This document shows positions 20,415 through 30,600 of a stretch of DNA of 64,000 bases, one piece after another. The notes below the pieces were generated by a model. It ran no database searches and had not been told where the DNA came from. It saw nothing but the letters and a program-made list of their open reading frames with translations. A program made the position numbers and the translations under genes. The DNA is taken from the IMG/VR virus record IMGVR_UViG_3300042359_000853, positions 62,001-126,000 of that record. One strand, 5' to 3'. The first letter of the stretch is position 1; every line of letters starts with the position of its first letter.

Positions 20415-23400
20415 TTAAATATTCCCACCACCTCTAACAACTACTTTATTTCTGTTCAAATTGAATGTTACTGTAAATACAAAGGGTCTTGTATCTTGAT
20501 TAGTTTCTAAATGAAATTTGATTTTTTTAGTGTGTTTAACTGTTCTTGTAGAATTGTTGAGATTGATCCATTCGTAATTTTCTCCTGTTTTGGTAACATT
20601 ATCTAAAGAATTCAATTTGAAATAAATTGGTAGTGATATATTAATCCAATCAGAACTATTTGAGGTTATTTCTTTGATTTTTTTAGCATTCGATTCAACA
20701 AGGTTTTCTAAACGAGAGATCGAAGGATGACATGTTGTTAAAAGTTTTGTTTCTGAAGCAACTGTCTCTGTTTGATCAATCCATTTTTGTGGATCGAATA
20801 GAGAGTTGTTGTCACCAACAAAGTTAAGTAAAGCATTCTCACTATAACCCAAGTTGAATTCATTTGAACTTAAAACATTTGTTAATGAATTATTTCCAAC
20901 TGTCAAGAAATCATTTCCTATATTATCAGAGAGTTTTGTAGCTTGTAAGTTTTGAGTTAAAGAGTTATAATTTACCGACCATAAATATTGATAATCTAGT
21001 TGTGTATTTGATACCCCTTTCAGGTTGGAAAATAAAAGTTCATCTTGATCATTCACCCAAATGACCTGGGGAACCCTGCTATCGTAGATATCTCCACTCA
21101 GATATTCTTTCGAAGATAAAATACCAAGTGGACTATCGGCTGAAGTATTTTTAAATTGAAGAAGGAAATCTTTGATAACATAAATATTATTAGCGTAGAC
21201 CCTTCCAGTTGGTATAGACGAACTACTTGCTAGACTGGCACCAGTAAATGGTAGTGCATAATCCTCACACTCAATATTGAAAACTAGATCGGAACCATTA
21301 CCTACAATAAATTCTTCGTTATTTCTATATAGAACAACACTTAGTTGGCTTCTAGTTCTACTTATGAGTGACTCTAGATTTTTTATTTTGTTTTCTAAAC
21401 TTTGGAGGTATGAATACAAATCTATTGCTATACCATTATCATCTCTGAATCCAGAAAGAATATTCTCACTTTTGTGTAAGAATGTCTTATCGTTTGCGAC
21501 CACAGTATCCGCTAAGTGTGTGTCGACGCCTCTTGATGAAAATTCATCTAGAATATTTACTTTAAGTTCATCTTTGGTCGCTTCTTTAAGAAGGAAGTCC
21601 GATTCTACTACTAGTGTTGAAAGATCTTCTGGAAAATTTATAGTTAGAGGTTGAGACCATTCAGATTCAACAGGAGATTCGGGCCACCCAACTTCACTTA
21701 TTGATTTTATTCTAAATTCTACTCTTTCGTTGGGTTGTATCGGAATATCCAATTGATTGATATTTGGTGTATCAGCATCGGAAACATCTTCTACCTGCCA
21801 AGTATATTCACCATTTGAAGAATTATAAACTCTTTTACGAACATCGGTTTTGTATTCTGTCCAATTCGAAAAGACTCCTCTGACTGTTCCAACACCTGTT
21901 GAAGATGATGATAATTTGAATAGTTGAACTGGACTTTCGCTACCGTCATTACTAAGATATCTATATTGAACTCTAAATTGAACGACTTCCTGGGGAAGTG
22001 TACCTCTAACAATAACTGGTTGAGGTAGTGGCCAAAAACCCCTTACTCTATACTTAGCACTATCCTTATTTTTAAGAGTATTTGTAATAGTGGTTATTTG
22101 GTCTAAATTGGATCTAAATAATTGAGTTTTTGTTTCTTTCAGGCTTACTAAACGGTCAATCTCATTTTGCCACTGCTCTCTGTCGGATGGTGTAGAAAAT
22201 CTAGTTACTTGTAGTTGTGTTGTTTTCTCTAGAATTGCTTTTGAGAGTTGATCTATTTCAGATTGTAAAGATTTATTCTGGGAATAAATATTTTTTAGTG
22301 CTGCAGAATCAATTTGGTTAGTTAAATGTGTATTTATTTGAACTACTTGAAAATTTCTAGATGAAAGCTCGGGTGGCGAAGGTAGAGCCGCAGAAAACTG
22401 ATTTGGTATTTTTTTAGCAACCAAATCTGTCAATACTTTACCATAGTCATACACCTGACCACTATAAAAGGTTTCAAAAGGAGTTCCGTTAAAATTATCA
22501 CTAGACGAGAGAATAAGATCATTTGTCCAGAAGCCTGAACCTAAAGACCAATTTTTCGATTGTATACCATTTGAACCATTTATAGCTTTAGTGAAAACAA
22601 CACATCTCTCATCATATCCTATACTAACTCTTAATCTCTTTGTATATCTAATAGGTGAGTGTATCTTTAGTGAGTTGAACCCGATTGGAACAGGATCGAA
22701 ACCTTGAGATCTTTCTACCCGAATTCTTGGATTAGATTGTAGAAGAGAAACTTCTAATATTTTGTATTTGGTAGAGGATCCTGCTAAATTTACAATTAAC
22801 TCGTCTCCTATTGAGAGTTGAAGTACCGCAGAAGTTTCAACATTAGTATAATCTAAAGTATTCAGATGATACCAAATTCTTTTATTCAAGACATCCTCCT
22901 CTGCTTTGATTACTGTGAAAATTCCGTCATAAAGAAGAAAATTTGGTTCAAGATCGAAAACTTGTTCATCGTATTCTGGTTTAGTTGGGTTCATCACACC
23001 TGGTGTTGTCAACATCCAATTTAGTAAATTCTCTTGTGTAATATCTGTTTTCTGTCTGAAATTTAGATTAAAAGAATTCAAAGCAAGTTGCCCATTGTTT
23101 GATAGTGTTCCACTAGCTGTCTTTTCAAAAGATATAATATATCTCCTTACAAGACACCTATCGACCACATCATCTATTTTTCCGTCTAGATCGAATGTTA
23201 CAAAAAGTTGTGGGTTCAGTAACCCATCAAAAAACCAATTTTTACTCGATGAAAAGTTAGAAACAGAGTTTAGATTAGTAATATCCACTGGTTCTTTGTT
23301 AATCTCAACCGCTACTATTTTTCTGAAACTAGAATTATTTGATGGTTGAACTAGCGAACCTGAACCATCTAACCCGTATATTGCATTAATATTATTGTTC

Positions 23401-23603
23401 AACCTAGAAATCTCACTAGATAAAAAACTGAAAGATGGCAGTGAATATACTCTCTGAACACCTGCGTTATCTGTTACTTCAACATTCACTGAAGGATCTG
23501 GTGAAGTTGTTAAACTATTCAATTTTGAAAGTAGTTCAACGATATTGTTATTGAACACAACTATTTGTTCAGCTATTGATTGATAAGAACTTTGAAGAGA
23601 CAT
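20415..23603 (-). CDS. large predicted virion structural protein with coiled-coil and FN3-like segments
   Basis: 1062 aa; VVQFRVQYRY...VEFRIKSISEVGWP....SEWS; ATATATA motif upstream. Confidence 0.6.
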   Translation of the reverse strand: MSLQSSYQSIAEQIVVFNNNIVELLSKLNSLTTSPDPSVNVEVTDNAGVQRVYSLPSFSFLSSEISRLNNNINAIYGLDGSGSLVQPSNNSSFRKIVAVEINKEPVDITNLNSVSNFSSSKNWFFDGLLNPQLFVTFDLDGKIDDVVDRCLVRRYIISFEKTASGTLSNNGQLALNSFNLNFRQKTDITQENLLNWMLTTPGVMNPTKPEYDEQVFDLEPNFLLYDGIFTVIKAEEDVLNKRIWYHLNTLDYTNVETSAVLQLSIGDELIVNLAGSSTKYKILEVSLLQSNPRIRVERSQGFDPVPIGFNSLKIHSPIRYTKRLRVSIGYDERCVVFTKAINGSNGIQSKNWSLGSGFWTNDLILSSSDNFNGTPFETFYSGQVYDYGKVLTDLVAKKIPNQFSAALPSPPELSSRNFQVVQINTHLTNQIDSAALKNIYSQNKSLQSEIDQLSKAILEKTTQLQVTRFSTPSDREQWQNEIDRLVSLKETKTQLFRSNLDQITTITNTLKNKDSAKYRVRGFWPLPQPVIVRGTLPQEVVQFRVQYRYLSNDGSESPVQLFKLSSSSTGVGTVRGVFSNWTEYKTDVRKRVYNSSNGEYTWQVEDVSDADTPNINQLDIPIQPNERVEFRIKSISEVGWPESPVESEWSQPLTINFPEDLSTLVVESDFLLKEATKDELKVNILDEFSSRGVDTHLADTVVANDKTFLHKSENILSGFRDDNGIAIDLYSYLQSLENKIKNLESLISRTRSQLSVVLYRNNEEFIVGNGSDLVFNIECEDYALPFTGASLASSSSIPTGRVYANNIYVIKDFLLQFKNTSADSPLGILSSKEYLSGDIYDSRVPQVIWVNDQDELLFSNLKGVSNTQLDYQYLWSVNYNSLTQNLQATKLSDNIGNDFLTVGNNSLTNVLSSNEFNLGYSENALLNFVGDNNSLFDPQKWIDQTETVASETKLLTTCHPSISRLENLVESNAKKIKEITSNSSDWINISLPIYFKLNSLDNVTKTGENYEWINLNNSTRTVKHTKKIKFHLETNQDTRPFVFTVTFNLNRNKVVVRGGGNI

Positions 23604-23695
23604 TAAGGAGACTTTTTTTTGTATATATATTTTATAGTGTTGTCTGGGAATTCTCTATAATTTTGCTAGATTACTCAAAAAAAAATATTAAATAA

Positions 23696-23727
23696 TTTGT
23701 CGATCAAAGAAAAAATCCTTACATTTG
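23696..23727 (+). promoter_or_regulatory. Bacteroidota sigma-A promoter (-33 TTTG / -7 TAnnTTTG)
   Basis: TTTG (23696-23699), 20-nt spacer, TACATTTG (23720-23727): full consensus. Confidence 0.8.
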
Positions 23728-23741
23728 TAAAAAATATCAAG

Positions 23742-23984
23742 ATGACCTTATCAAGAATAGTTATACCTAAAATGTCACTCACCCGGGAACAAAAAGACAA
23801 GTATTTTGTTGGTAGTGGATATGAAGATGAAGAACTCAACTTCATCGATGACAAACCCTGGATTCTTTACCTCGATGACAACGAGACGAGATTATTTTTT
23901 GAGCACGGTGCTACAAAAGAAATGAGACTATCACTTAAAAAACAAATACTACAAAAATTAAACAAAATAAAATGGAACTATTAG
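23742..23984 (+). CDS. hypothetical protein; start reassigned to ATG 23742
   Basis: The ORF-track TTG start lies inside the promoter; ATG 23742 follows an A-rich leader. Confidence 0.6.
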   Translation: MTLSRIVIPKMSLTREQKDKYFVGSGYEDEELNFIDDKPWILYLDDNETRLFFEHGATKEMRLSLKKQILQKLNKIKWNY

Positions 23985-24592
23985 AAGAAATCACAAGCTT
24001 TAACGAACACGAAGAACTATTCAAGGAAAGAACCGGCAATAATTTTTCTTTTTACTACAAAAAGTATTACCCAAAATTGATCTACTACGCTAATAAGATG
24101 TGTAAAGATCAACAAAAAGCAGAAGACATCACTTTCGAGTCTTTTATGACTGCTTTTAAAAAGATTGATAAGTATGAAAGAGAGAAATCACAATTCTCCA
24201 CCTGGCTTTTTACTATTGCTAGAAATATCATACTACAAGATATGAAAAATATCAAAAAAGAAATTTCCATCGACACACAAATCGATGAAGAAGGAACTAC
24301 ACTTAAAGATTTTATCCAATATGAGCACGAAGATCCGATGCTACAAGAAATTCATCAGATGAAAGCTAAGATTATGGTTCAAAAAATTAACTCACTCAAA
24401 GAACCTTACAAAACTGTTATTGAAATGCGTGAAATAAAAAGAATGGCTTACAAAGATATTGCCGACCTTCTTGGCAAAAACCTTAGCACTATTAAATCTC
24501 AGATTAGGAATGGCCGAGCAATACTTATGAAAGAAACAAAGTTTGAATTTGCTAAACTCGAACAAGAAGTAGATACCAAATCGTATTTCTAA
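23972..24592 (+). CDS. sigma-70-family (ECF-like) RNA polymerase sigma factor
   Basis: Region 2 AEDI..ESF..AF..I..Y....SQFSTWLFTIARN; region 4 HTH YKDIADLLGKNLSTIKSQI.NGR. Confidence 0.9.
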   Translation: MELLEEITSFNEHEELFKERTGNNFSFYYKKYYPKLIYYANKMCKDQQKAEDITFESFMTAFKKIDKYEREKSQFSTWLFTIARNIILQDMKNIKKEISIDTQIDEEGTTLKDFIQYEHEDPMLQEIHQMKAKIMVQKINSLKEPYKTVIEMREIKRMAYKDIADLLGKNLSTIKSQIRNGRAILMKETKFEFAKLEQEVDTKSYF

Positions 24593-25146
24593 TTATCTGA
24601 GTTTTTCAACCAATCAATAATTTCCAGAATCGCCGAAGTATTCTCTGGTAGTTCATCAACTAGATTTTGATAAAAGGTGATTCTGGACTTTATGATATCT
24701 TCTTTATAGTGTTCTCTTAGGTATCCTGATTCCCACTTTTTCAACTCTTCAAAATTACCTTTGTGTATATTTGATTTGTATTTTTCAGATATTGATATTA
24801 AATCAAGTAATCCGAAGGGTGTTGTGTGCGATACTAACTTATGAAGTTTTATAAAATTTTCGTTTTTCGTATCTTTACAATATTTCTCAAGAAAAAGGGT
24901 TGAGTTCTCTAAATCTTCTACCTTATGGAGTGGTGTTACTATATTCTCAAATACAAAAAGAGCTGTCAAGAAATCTCTTTTCTCTTCTGAAATACGATCG
25001 GAGAAATAATCCTCATTTATCTGATCGAGATGAAATTTAAGATAGTCTAGTGTGTAGAATTCTCTCGAAGTATCCGACCACCACTCGAGTATTGAGTCTG
25101 TGGATAGAATTATCGAGAATTTTTCTAAGAGTTTTGGGTTTATCAT
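24589..25146 (-). CDS. hypothetical protein
   Basis: 185-aa ORF coupled to the upstream gene. Confidence 0.6.
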   Translation of the reverse strand: MINPKLLEKFSIILSTDSILEWWSDTSREFYTLDYLKFHLDQINEDYFSDRISEEKRDFLTALFVFENIVTPLHKVEDLENSTLFLEKYCKDTKNENFIKLHKLVSHTTPFGLLDLISISEKYKSNIHKGNFEELKKWESGYLREHYKEDIIKSRITFYQNLVDELPENTSAILEIIDWLKNSDN

Positions 25147-25147
25147 A

Positions 25148-25453
25148 TTAAAATAAGTATTTTCTACCGTCTTCGATATAGTTGTTTAAGTATTCTGTTA
25201 CTGAAGTTAGACTAGATTCAACCTCTTCGAGTTTTTTATCAGTAGCATTAAGTTCTATGCTTGATTCGTCTATTTGATCGTTGGATTCTTCAGAATCTGA
25301 GGTAAATTTATCAAGTAAACTATAAAGGTTTTGTATAGTATCTCTCATACCTCCTGTTTTTTCAATGATATCATTAATTTGTGATAGTATATCACGAATC
25401 GTGTCATTATTTATTTCTTCTCTAGTTTCGTAGAACTTTTTTATCCTGGTCAT
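25148..25453 (-). CDS. acidic coiled-coil protein, candidate internal head protein
   Basis: N-terminus MTRIKKFYE; ATATATA motif 7 nt upstream. Confidence 0.55.
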   Translation of the reverse strand: MTRIKKFYETREEINNDTIRDILSQINDIIEKTGGMRDTIQNLYSLLDKFTSDSEESNDQIDESSIELNATDKKLEEVESSLTSVTEYLNNYIEDGRKYLF

Positions 25454-25494
25454 ACGAAAGTATATATAAAAAAAAACTTTTTGTGTTTCTACTC

Positions 25495-26310
25495 TTATTG
25501 AATGTGCGGAAGTACGAACTTAGTGTAGTAATGTGGATGAAATTGTTGAGGATTTTTTCTAAGGTAGTTGTAATATCTCTCGTAATAGGTTTCCAAGACC
25601 TGTCTTCCACATCTGTTGAGTGGTCTGTGTAGAACATCATTCGATGCTAATTTATGTTCTTCAAAATTTGTGGGATTGTCGATATTACCCGATTGCTTAT
25701 GACCAGCCATATCGGCCGGATCGGACCAATTGAAGCAGTAAGATGGAACATAGTTTGGATTATTCTCCCAAAGCTGGCCTTCATCTCTTAATCTGGTGTA
25801 CCAGCTAAGGCCTTCATAACCAGTTTTATCTTCTCTAAAACCTATTTCTTTTATTCTATTCATTTTTACAATGACCGAAGCCTCTAGTGTATTTTGAACT
25901 AGAATTAATTTGTCGGGTAAAGCAAAAAAACTCTGAGCAGGTTTCCAGGCATCTTTTCCTAGAGTTTCAATACCATCGACCGCCTGATCCAGGTGCCAAG
26001 GAAGGTAAATGTCATCATCATCAGCAAGCATGAAATAATCTCCATCTGCGTGACTAACGGCATCTCTACATATCTGGCCTCTGTTTGTGTATTCTAAACC
26101 TGTTTGGTAATCAAACGAATTGTTGATAAGAATAATATCTAATTCTAAACTCAGAACCTCATGATCTAATACTAATGGATTCTCAACATCTGTATTCAAT
26201 ATGATCAGTTGCTTGTTCTGATAAGTTTGTGATATGAATTGTTCTATTATTCTTTCAACACAACGAAACCTTCTATAGGTCGTACATACAAAGCTAACTT
26301 TACCTGGCAT
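25495..26310 (-). CDS. GT2-family glycosyltransferase
   Basis: VSFVCTTYRR, F..QTY.NK.LII.N, ADGDYFMLADDDDIYLPWHL. Confidence 0.85.
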   Translation of the reverse strand: MPGKVSFVCTTYRRFRCVERIIEQFISQTYQNKQLIILNTDVENPLVLDHEVLSLELDIILINNSFDYQTGLEYTNRGQICRDAVSHADGDYFMLADDDDIYLPWHLDQAVDGIETLGKDAWKPAQSFFALPDKLILVQNTLEASVIVKMNRIKEIGFREDKTGYEGLSWYTRLRDEGQLWENNPNYVPSYCFNWSDPADMAGHKQSGNIDNPTNFEEHKLASNDVLHRPLNRCGRQVLETYYERYYNYLRKNPQQFHPHYYTKFVLPHIQ

Positions 26311-26355
26311 ATTTTTTTTATATATACATAAAACAAATAAGTTCTACAACTTAAG

Positions 26356-27042
26356 ATGAAAAAAAGAAGAGATTCTCATTTAATATTAGAGTTCACTGAG
26401 TTCAACCTTCAGAGGTTTAATCCAGAAACTGCTATTTATCCACTTCCAAATGTTGCAAACAAAGAGTTATCGGTAGATGCCTGGGATAGACACCAATCCG
26501 CTATTCAGTCTTCACTTGTCAGGATCAATAACATTATGAGTGGATTGTCTAATTCGTCACAAATAAGTTCTTTGAGAAGCCAAGTAGCTCTTGAAAATCA
26601 AAATCTTCAATCATTGACTATTTTGAGAGTTATCAAGAAAGAGTATAATTATGACGTTTATGTGAAGTTTGTTATAAATGATATAGAGTATTGGGGTGTA
26701 ATCTATGGTCTTCTGGATAAAAATCCTACTTTTGAAAGTGAAGTTTTTGTAGATACTACACTACTACAACCAAAAGAATGGAAAATAAAAACATCCGGAT
26801 TAATTATAAAAGCAGTAAAAAAATTCTTCGAACCAGATTTCGGTAGTTGGAAACTTATAAATGATTATTGTGAAGCTTTATGTAGAGAGTCGGGAAAAAA
26901 GATAACATTGAAAAGTGGTGATGTAGTAAATCTTATCGCTTGGGATAAGGATAGATTAGTTATAGAACATAAACTTAAGACATACGACCTTAGAGGTGAT
27001 AATTATATCTATTTTAATTGGTGGTTCGAGAAACAGAATTAG
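26356..27042 (+). CDS. hypothetical phage protein
   Basis: 228-aa ORF sharing a TATATA element with the divergent GT2 gene. Confidence 0.65.
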   Translation: MKKRRDSHLILEFTEFNLQRFNPETAIYPLPNVANKELSVDAWDRHQSAIQSSLVRINNIMSGLSNSSQISSLRSQVALENQNLQSLTILRVIKKEYNYDVYVKFVINDIEYWGVIYGLLDKNPTFESEVFVDTTLLQPKEWKIKTSGLIIKAVKKFFEPDFGSWKLINDYCEALCRESGKKITLKSGDVVNLIAWDKDRLVIEHKLKTYDLRGDNYIYFNWWFEKQN

Positions 27043-27223
27043 ATTTCATTATCTTCTGACCTAAAAAGTCAATTTTTTCTATCTCGATCTTAAAGTTTTT
27101 ATCCATCAAAAATCCAGGATATAAGACTGAAAAATAATCAATAGCAGATTCTGAACACCTAGAATAAGTCCTGTTTATAACTTGACCATCTTTTTTTAGT
27201 ATGAAGACAATTTCTGAGCTCAT
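27014..27223 (-). CDS. hypothetical protein
   Basis: 69-aa ORF with ATGA coupling to the upstream gene. Confidence 0.45.
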   Translation of the reverse strand: MSSEIVFILKKDGQVINRTYSRCSESAIDYFSVLYPGFLMDKNFKIEIEKIDFLGQKIMKSNSVSRTTN

Positions 27224-27603
27224 TTGACCATTACTCCTATTATTTCACGAAAAGCTTTTTTTGTTGATATGATAATGAAATCATAAATAGAAAAAATATT
27301 ATTCTCAGAAGGTGTTTCATCAAACCACCTCATATCCGATAATAAATCGTCGATATCATCTCGATATTGTAGATAAAACTCATAGATATCCGAATCATTG
27401 ATAAAACCCTCAATTGGATTTTTTTCTTCATCTCTTAGATAAGCAAGAGCTAATTCTTTTCGACTAGTAAAATCAGTTTTTTTTAACTGGTTTTTAATAA
27501 GTCTATTGACACCATCTCTAAGATCATCGTAGGTCTTTTCTTCTGGTTCGTCTTGACCAGTGATTGTTTTTTCAAAAAACTTTTCCCATTTTTTTATGCT
27601 CAT
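27220..27603 (-). CDS. hypothetical protein, candidate internal head protein
   Basis: N-terminus MSIKKWEKFFE; AATATATA 4 nt upstream. Confidence 0.6.
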   Translation of the reverse strand: MSIKKWEKFFEKTITGQDEPEEKTYDDLRDGVNRLIKNQLKKTDFTSRKELALAYLRDEEKNPIEGFINDSDIYEFYLQYRDDIDDLLSDMRWFDETPSENNIFSIYDFIIISTKKAFREIIGVMVK

Positions 27604-27620
27604 AACTTATATATTGTTTT

Positions 27621-30600
27621 TTAAATACCAAAATTTCCATCAAAATATCCATTATACCACATACCACCCTCAAAATTATCACCACGAAATATTCCATTAT
27701 ACCACAGACCACTCTTGAATTGACAGTTTTCAAAATTAGAAACTATACGTAGATCTGTATAAGATCTCCAAGTCGGTGTAAAAGAATAACTACCTGAAAT
27801 TTGTATTAAAGTTTCCCCAGTTTCTAAGACTTCTGAAAATGTTAGAAGATATTTTTTGGGGTTCTCTATTGTTCCGAAAGAAGAATAACCTGATCCGAAC
27901 ATGCTGTAAATCCAAATGTCGTAGGGATATTTGAATCTAAATATACCATTTAGTAGAAACTGCATCTTACCTGATGATTGAGTTAGTCCAATGATTTCAA
28001 TATCATCTACGATACCACCATTAAATATTCCACTTTTGAAGTTCATATTCAAAACTAAACCACCCCAAAAATTTCCAGAAGACCAATCGCCTGACTTGAA
28101 TAAAGACCATCTGTGATTATCACTAACCTGATTATTACCAGAAGAATCTGTTTGTCTTCCAGAGAAAAATTCACCAGAAATCCACTCACCTGTTTCCCAT
28201 ATAGCCTTCGAGTTTCCACTAGCTCTGGTTCCGAATCTAGAAGTCTGAGTATATTCAGAAAATTGACCATCAAACCATCTTCCATTTTCGAAATCACCGC
28301 CTTTGAACTCACCATCTAGCCAATAACAAGGGTTGATATCGGTATTAAACTTACCTGAATTCCAAATACCACTTACCCAGATTCCACCACGAAACTGACC
28401 CCCATTCCAGATACCATCATTCCAAATACCCGAGTTCCAGAAACCTCCGTTCCAGGTGCCTAGATATTTTCTACCACCAAGCCAGGTACCACCATTCCAA
28501 GTGCCATCAAACCATCTACCACTATACCATAGAGATTGTGTATCAACTTGGTTAGAATCTATTAGAACAACACTACCGTTTATTTTTATAGTGTTAGAAT
28601 TCCAATTACCACCATACCAATCTCCAGCAAGCCACTGACCCGAATACCAAGTTCCGTTAAACCATCGACCACATTTCCAAATACCGGAATAAAATACTAA
28701 TCCATTAGAATCTTCACCTACGAGACCGTTGGAAACTTCTGATTCAACTATCCAAGAATATTTTTCTAACATTTTAGATAGTGTGAGACCATCGGTGAAT
28801 CTGAATCTTACCTTATTCATATCTATATTTGTTAATGACGCCGTAGGAGATTCTATCTGATAATTATTTGGTGAGAGTTCAATTAAATCTTTTTGACCTC
28901 TATCCGACCCAACTCTTGATAGATCGACCGGTAATATTTTGAGTAAATCATCACCAAGTGGGTTTATCAGAACATTTGATAGTTTTGATTTCTCATCTTC
29001 ATATATTATTGAGGTTAGATTTGATTTAATATCAGAATCAGAAAGTAATATTCTAGCATAAGAATCAGTTGGGAACTTTTGTGTTACTTCATTTTGGTAA
29101 ATGTCAAAAGTATATGTGGATTGAATCTGTTTTTTATTTAGATTTCTGTTTATGTTATTGAGCTCCTGTAAATCGGAAGAAATTTCCAAGAGAGTGTTTC
29201 TAGAAAGTATATCAATATAGTTTATTGAAGTCGATTGATTATATACTAGAAGATCTCTATTTATTGGCTTGTTGAACTCTATAATATATGAATTTTTCTC
29301 AGGTAAATACTTTTTATTCTCTACTAAACATTTAGTAGTCGAAAAACTACCATAATTGGATGTTTTTACTACTATATCCACAAAACTATTTACCCAAATA
29401 GATTCCCACTCAAACTTTAAGTTTTTCCCAAAAACTAATCTATTTGATAGCTTAGTGTCATCACAAAGTATAATATTTGAAGAAGATGTCCAACTAGAAT
29501 CAAGATCAACATCCAATGCAGGAATATTCTGATATCTGGGCATTGCACCAAAAATCTTACTAGCCGTAAAAGAAATAGGATCTATTCTAGAGAGAAAGTC
29601 GTGAATATTATAAGTTGGTGTGTATCCGAAATTAAAAAAACTCTGCACATAATGGAAACTATAGGTAGAAGAGTTATGAATAATGTTTTGTGCTAAATTA
29701 TAATATGCTGTTTTATTATTTAAGTTACCCGTAATTTGAATTTGACTAGCAGTAATACCAACACGGTAACCAATTGAAAGTGGGTGGAGTGAAAAATTAT
29801 TTATAAATTCCTCAGATGAAGGAAAAACATTCAGATTTGTAACAAAGAAACCAGAATTACGAAGTGAAGAAATAATTTCATTTGAGAAATTATGATAACA
29901 ATACAAGAATATAGGTGTCGGATTACCACTGATATATCTGAATATTTTATTTATCATTAAATTTGCTGAAATTGAATCTGATTTTATGTTCAAAATATCA
30001 CCTTTCTTGAAAAGACTATTATCAAAATCCACATTTACTAATTTAAATACTATAACAAAGTCACCAATCCAACAATTATAACTTGTGGCGAAATTCAAAT
30101 CTATAGGATCAGTTCCTTCTACATAGTATGAATCTCTATCAAACTTGGTGGTTGGAACTAATTTTTTAATATAAATCTGTGATACATCCGGATCAATATT
30201 TTGTTCAGTTAGGCTAGGTGTGGCTGAATCAGCAGTTACAAAAAAAGAATTAGTTGCCGACGAATAATTAAATATAGTTGATATCTCGACAACATTTGAT
30301 TGGCTAAAGGAAGTATAATATTCAAATGTTAAAAGAGTGTTTTTCCAATAATTGACCCAACTTGTTTCCTCTGGTAAGTTCTCGAAAGATACGTCTGAAC
30401 TAGTAAAACCAGAAGTTGAAATCGTTACCGTAATAGGTAGTCTATAATTTCCAAGATAATCATGAAAATTAACTTTTGATGCTAAATCATAATTCAATAT
30501 CAAAAATTTAGAACTGATAGTTTCTGTATATAGCTTCGCAAAATCAGTAACTAATGAAAAACTCGCACTATCATATGATCTACTTATTGAATAATTTGAA

